The translations under genes and the position numbers were made by a program. From the NCBI GenBank assembly GCA_973895155.1, contig OZ316892.1, forward strand, positions 23,574,133-23,638,132: a DNA stretch of 64,000 bases, given 5' to 3'. The notes under the pieces are model-generated. The model ran no database searches. It was not told where the DNA came from and saw only the letters and a list, made by a program, of their open reading frames with translations. Position 1 is the stretch's first letter, and every line of letters begins with the position of its first letter. Shown here piece after piece: positions 59,771 through 64,000 of the stretch. This DNA is from Marsupella aquatica (taxonomy: Eukaryota > Plantae > Marchantiophyta).

Positions 59771-62700
59771 TCATTTCTCCTTCTTGACTTCTGAAGTGCT
59801 TTCCTGTTGATTTTGACTCATTTCTGACTTGACCTGATTGATTTGAGAGCGTTTATTTCCTCTGGGACCCTTAGAGCGCTCTGCTTGAGAGGCTGCAATT
59901 AGGACTTCTAGGACCACAGCAACCACCAAGAGTCCTCCAGCAACCCATAAAAACCCACGCCAAGTTGATAGTACGTTCCACATGAGATAGACGGACCCCG
60001 TTAATAAGAATGTTGCCCATCCAATCACAATCTGCACACGGAGTGGAACGGGTCAGGTACCACACATTCTCAAAATGTCACAGAGTTGCAATAAAGGCTT
60101 CTACATCTCGATCTGTGTACAAGTCCATGTATATACCAAGAGTGGACCCCGCATTTTCGCAGCAGGTTGTAACAACTCATCCCCAAACGTGTTGGTTTTG
60201 TTGTGCTCGTCAAGTTCTTTATCCTGACCAAAACATCTCAGAACAGAGTCAGAATTCCCAGACAGATTGCCACAGTTCTACAGCATCCGTCTCACTAATG
60301 TAAGGTCACTATGACAAAACAAGCCAAGGCAGCAATATCACTCTACTATCCAAGTCTTATCTAACTTCAAAACATTTGCATGCGGGATCACGTTCACAGG
60401 TACCTTCGTCACGAATGCCTCTTTGCACCAGTTAGCAATTCCCTCATCAGTTGTGGGCAGTTGATCCATGGGAACTCGTTTGACTTTGACATGGACCTGT
60501 AAAACCCAAAAAGCTAGCCTCAGTAAGAAACATTGACGTACATACCCACAACTACGATATCTTGAACAAGATACAGTGCGACACTACGCATCTCTGAGAA
60601 GCATGAACTCAGGCTGATGGGTCGCTAACAAGAAATTAGGAGCCATGAACCAGCCTGCAATAAACCTTAAATCATTGAGCATTTTAAGAATTTTAGTTTA
60701 CAACTGGAGACACTGGAGGCAATCTGGTGAGAAATAATGCAAAATGCATGAATTGACTTTTCATACCACAGAAGGAAGTCCTTTCAGAATGCGAGACATA
60801 TTGGGCTCTGGAGCCTCGGTAGAAATAGCAATTGTCATGTCATAAACCGCAGGCACAAAATGTCCCAAGTTGTCTATAGCTGAAACAAAGCCCTGCACAA
60901 AGAGAATTTCTAGTCAGACCAGAAATTTAGCAGCCAAATTTCCAAACAAACACAAAACTTCAGCACATGTGGTAGCAAGGAATTAATAAAAAATCACGGA
61001 ATCTCAAACACTCCTACGATAGGATGCAAATATAAGACTTCCAGGGATCATTGTCTAGGAACCAACCTTTGTGCGCGGAATTAATACATTCTGTGGAATA
61101 GGCATTCCAACAGACGCAGCGTACTCCTGAGCAGCAGCCAGCTTGGTTTGTGTGAAGCGAGTTCCCTCCACAAAGAGAGCTAACCAGAAAGGCCTTGGAA
61201 ACCCTTCCAGATTACGATAGCCAGCCTTCAAGAACAAATCCGATATATTACACTATCTAAAAAGCTCCGTTTGCTTCAAACCCATATGTATCCATGACAT
61301 TTGAGACGGTGGCATTTAATTTATACAAATCATAAATAGTTTCACTCGTTCTTCAGCTATGTTTTCTTTTCAAGGACCTTCCATGTAAGGATTAAAAACG
61401 TGTAATTAAACATTATACAGATGAAGCCCCGATTCGTTCAAAAATTATGCGACACTCTTCCGGAAAGTCACATATTAGACATTGAGCTGAGCTTGCTTGT
61501 ATGCATGGGCCTTCCAATTATGTGCCACGATACTTTCATAGATATGCAGGGCTGTCCGCAGATCGCCTTAGAGCATCTAAACTGCATACTCTTCCATCAA
61601 GTAAGCAATTGACTTATTCTCACTCTCCTGTTAAACAAGATAGTTCCTAGTCATGACTAAGACTTTTCTGATATTTTTCTTGGATGAATTGATATATTCT
61701 CACTCTAGATGAGTAGAGAAGAGAGGTACAAGGACCAGGAAGCTCTTCATCGATCTTCCTAATTGTTGTTTCCGGAAACGTTCGTTCCAGATTGAGCTGC
61801 ATTGTCAATCACTGGATAGCAATGCCAATTTCATGTGTTTCTTTTTCCAACTAGATGTCCATGTCAAACCAAGTACATCACTCTCAACACCAGTCTTTGG
61901 ACACATATAGATATGATTTCGGATGCACCAAAAAAGCCCGTACCTTGAGAGTCGTCTCATCTTTAGCCCAATTTCTTGCCAAGAATACGTACTCTGAGAA
62001 CCACATGGACCAACCGATTACCTGCCAAAATAGGGGTTCACGTCTTAGCAACTATTGAACAGCAAAAGTAGACTGGGTTTCAAAGCCAACGATCACCTGA
62101 TCAATCTCACGATCCCTTTTTCTTTGCAAACTCTAAGCATGTGAGACTCATTCTTGCAGAAATACAGTACAAAAGGGAAAGAAAGGACGGACCGGCAGGT
62201 ATTTCACGGATTGCTTCATGATAGCCCTCGTGCCACCTAGACATCCGCCCCTCTGCAGTACAGCAATTATCACCATCCGGAACATTAGCAAACTTGGAAA
62301 CAGGGGGCTCTAAATCAACTACAATCCCATCTAGACTGCAGATTCAGCTTGAACATTTTATACTGGACTCCAAACCAGATGTACGTCTCCAAGCTACTGT
62401 CAATCACGTAGGCCCTTCTAGGACACTGTGAGGTACCTAATGAGGTACCACGGTAATCTGTGGGGACACCTGTTCAATCCTACATACTGAGCAAGTCCTT
62501 AGAATATAATGGCAGTTGTAAATGGATCCCCTGAAAATGAGGGACTACAGCATTCATGACACATTTAGAAGGTCAAAGCAGAGTAAAAGCCAATAAGTCA
62601 AACAGAAAACACACCTTGGCTAGAAGCCAACCTACAAGCCAATCGATATCACTCCTGTGGTTACATATGAGTAATGCATGTTCCTTGCCTGTCAAATGTA

Positions 62701-63550
62701 CAACAGCATTTGAGCGGCAAAACCACAAAACTGAACAGAAGGTTTGCACATTATCAATTTATTGTACTGTTGACGACCCTACAGTGCTGCTCTCAATTCT
62801 CCCGCCAGTCCACTTCCAAGCAGAGCAACTCAAAACCCACATAAATCAGTGAGCGTCATGAGTTCTTCTTACCCATCAATCGCAGTGTCTCCGGATCTGT
62901 ATATACTTTAATCTGGATGTAATCACAAAGATAACCATAAGTACGATGATCACTACGGATAGCCAAAAACACGCGGCTACTATCACAGATGACTAGAATT
63001 GCTAGACACTTTATTTTCCCCCAATGAAACCGTGGCGATTCCGAATGAAAAGGCAAGCTCGTGAGGAGAAAATGAGAATCATCACCGACATACGCAGGAT
63101 ATCGATAATAGCAGCCTTGACAATAGGCGAACAACGACAGCGAGAGACATGGAATACCTTGACATCTGCCCACCATTCTAGCAGCCAAATAAGCTCCGAC
63201 CATAACAAATCCGTGAGCATGAAATTCGCAACTCTGTAAGCCTTCTTTGAGAACAAGAGTAGTACCAAAGTAAATACCTACAAAAAGCACGCACAGTTGT
63301 TACTGGGACAATTACTTGGGAAGCAAGAAGCGAGAGCTTGATTAATTCCGACAGCATATCAGAGAAAGAAAAATACCCACAGCGTCACTGTCAAGCTCTG
63401 TGACATTCATTCCGTCCCATCCTAAACATGCCAGCAAAAGGACAACATGAGGTGCGATAAGGCTGAGCAAAGAACCTGGACTGCATTAACAAGAAACCCA
63501 GAGATGAGAAACATTAGCCCCAGTGGCACCGCAGCAGCTGAGAACGCCAT
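59771..63550 (-). CDS. LPAT2: 1-acyl-sn-glycerol-3-phosphate acyltransferase (LPAT2-type), 11 exons, 390 aa
   Basis: GT-AG exons 63476-63550, 63158-63277, 62873-62912, 62615-62688, 62193-62252, 61944-62021, 61067-61225, 60767-60892, 60404-60496, 60137-60223 and 59771-60031 join in frame (1173 nt). Motifs [32 protein letters not shown] and YDMT. Confidence 0.93.
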
Positions 63551-64000
63551 CACTCAGTATGGGCGACCAGTCCGTGAACCCTCTTTTGCCAAATTCTAAA
63601 ATCTTGTTGAACCCAATTCGGAATCCCTCATCCGCTCCACAAAATCCTTCGAAGAGTCCCCCCAAGATCTACCGATACACTGTCTCAGCTGAGATCACCT
63701 TCTCAACCTACTGTAGCAGCTCTCCTCGCGCAATGAAACCGGAGCGAAAAGACGCCCGTCGGATCAAATCCAAGGACTAAATCCCTCTCAGGTGGCAACA
63801 AGACAGAGCACAAGCCCCTTCAGGTGAATAATCGCCGCTAAAGAAAGCTCAGAAGACCACCAATCAAAGCAGCCCGTTGGAGACCGCTCTTCTGCTCAGC
63901 AACCCACAATTCCAGATAACATCCAATCGTCCCGTCCTTTCATTCGATTGTTTGTCAGCGACTCCCTCACAGTTCACTCTACTTACTAGCCTCCAGCGAA

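Overview
Eukaryotic nuclear DNA from a land plant with flagellated sperm, probably a bryophyte. Host genes are the 3' end of a PF16/SPAG6 axonemal gene, an intronless secreted lipocalin with a long helical insertion, a small SRC2-like C2-domain gene cluster, and an 11-exon LPAT2-type acyltransferase. Positions ~9.6-46.4 kb are a nest of LTR retrotransposons whose ends and target-site duplications (TSDs) can be read directly: two related Copia elements, two Copia solo LTRs, a Gypsy element whose apparent ~4-kb 3' LTR contains an intact 798-aa ORF, and a second Ty3/Gypsy-type element at 30507-46392. That last element is the standout. It carries a DNMT3-like cytosine methyltransferase between protease and RT and a PHD finger on its integrase. 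It has no tRNA PBS but a self-complementary primer site. Its repeats are arranged A-internal-B-A-B (split direct repeats) around a GACA-GC-TGTC palindrome, with a 4-bp TSD. This pattern fits a DDE integrase inserting a circular 2-LTR intermediate; that mechanism is inferred from one decayed copy. All comparisons were made by eye, with no database search.
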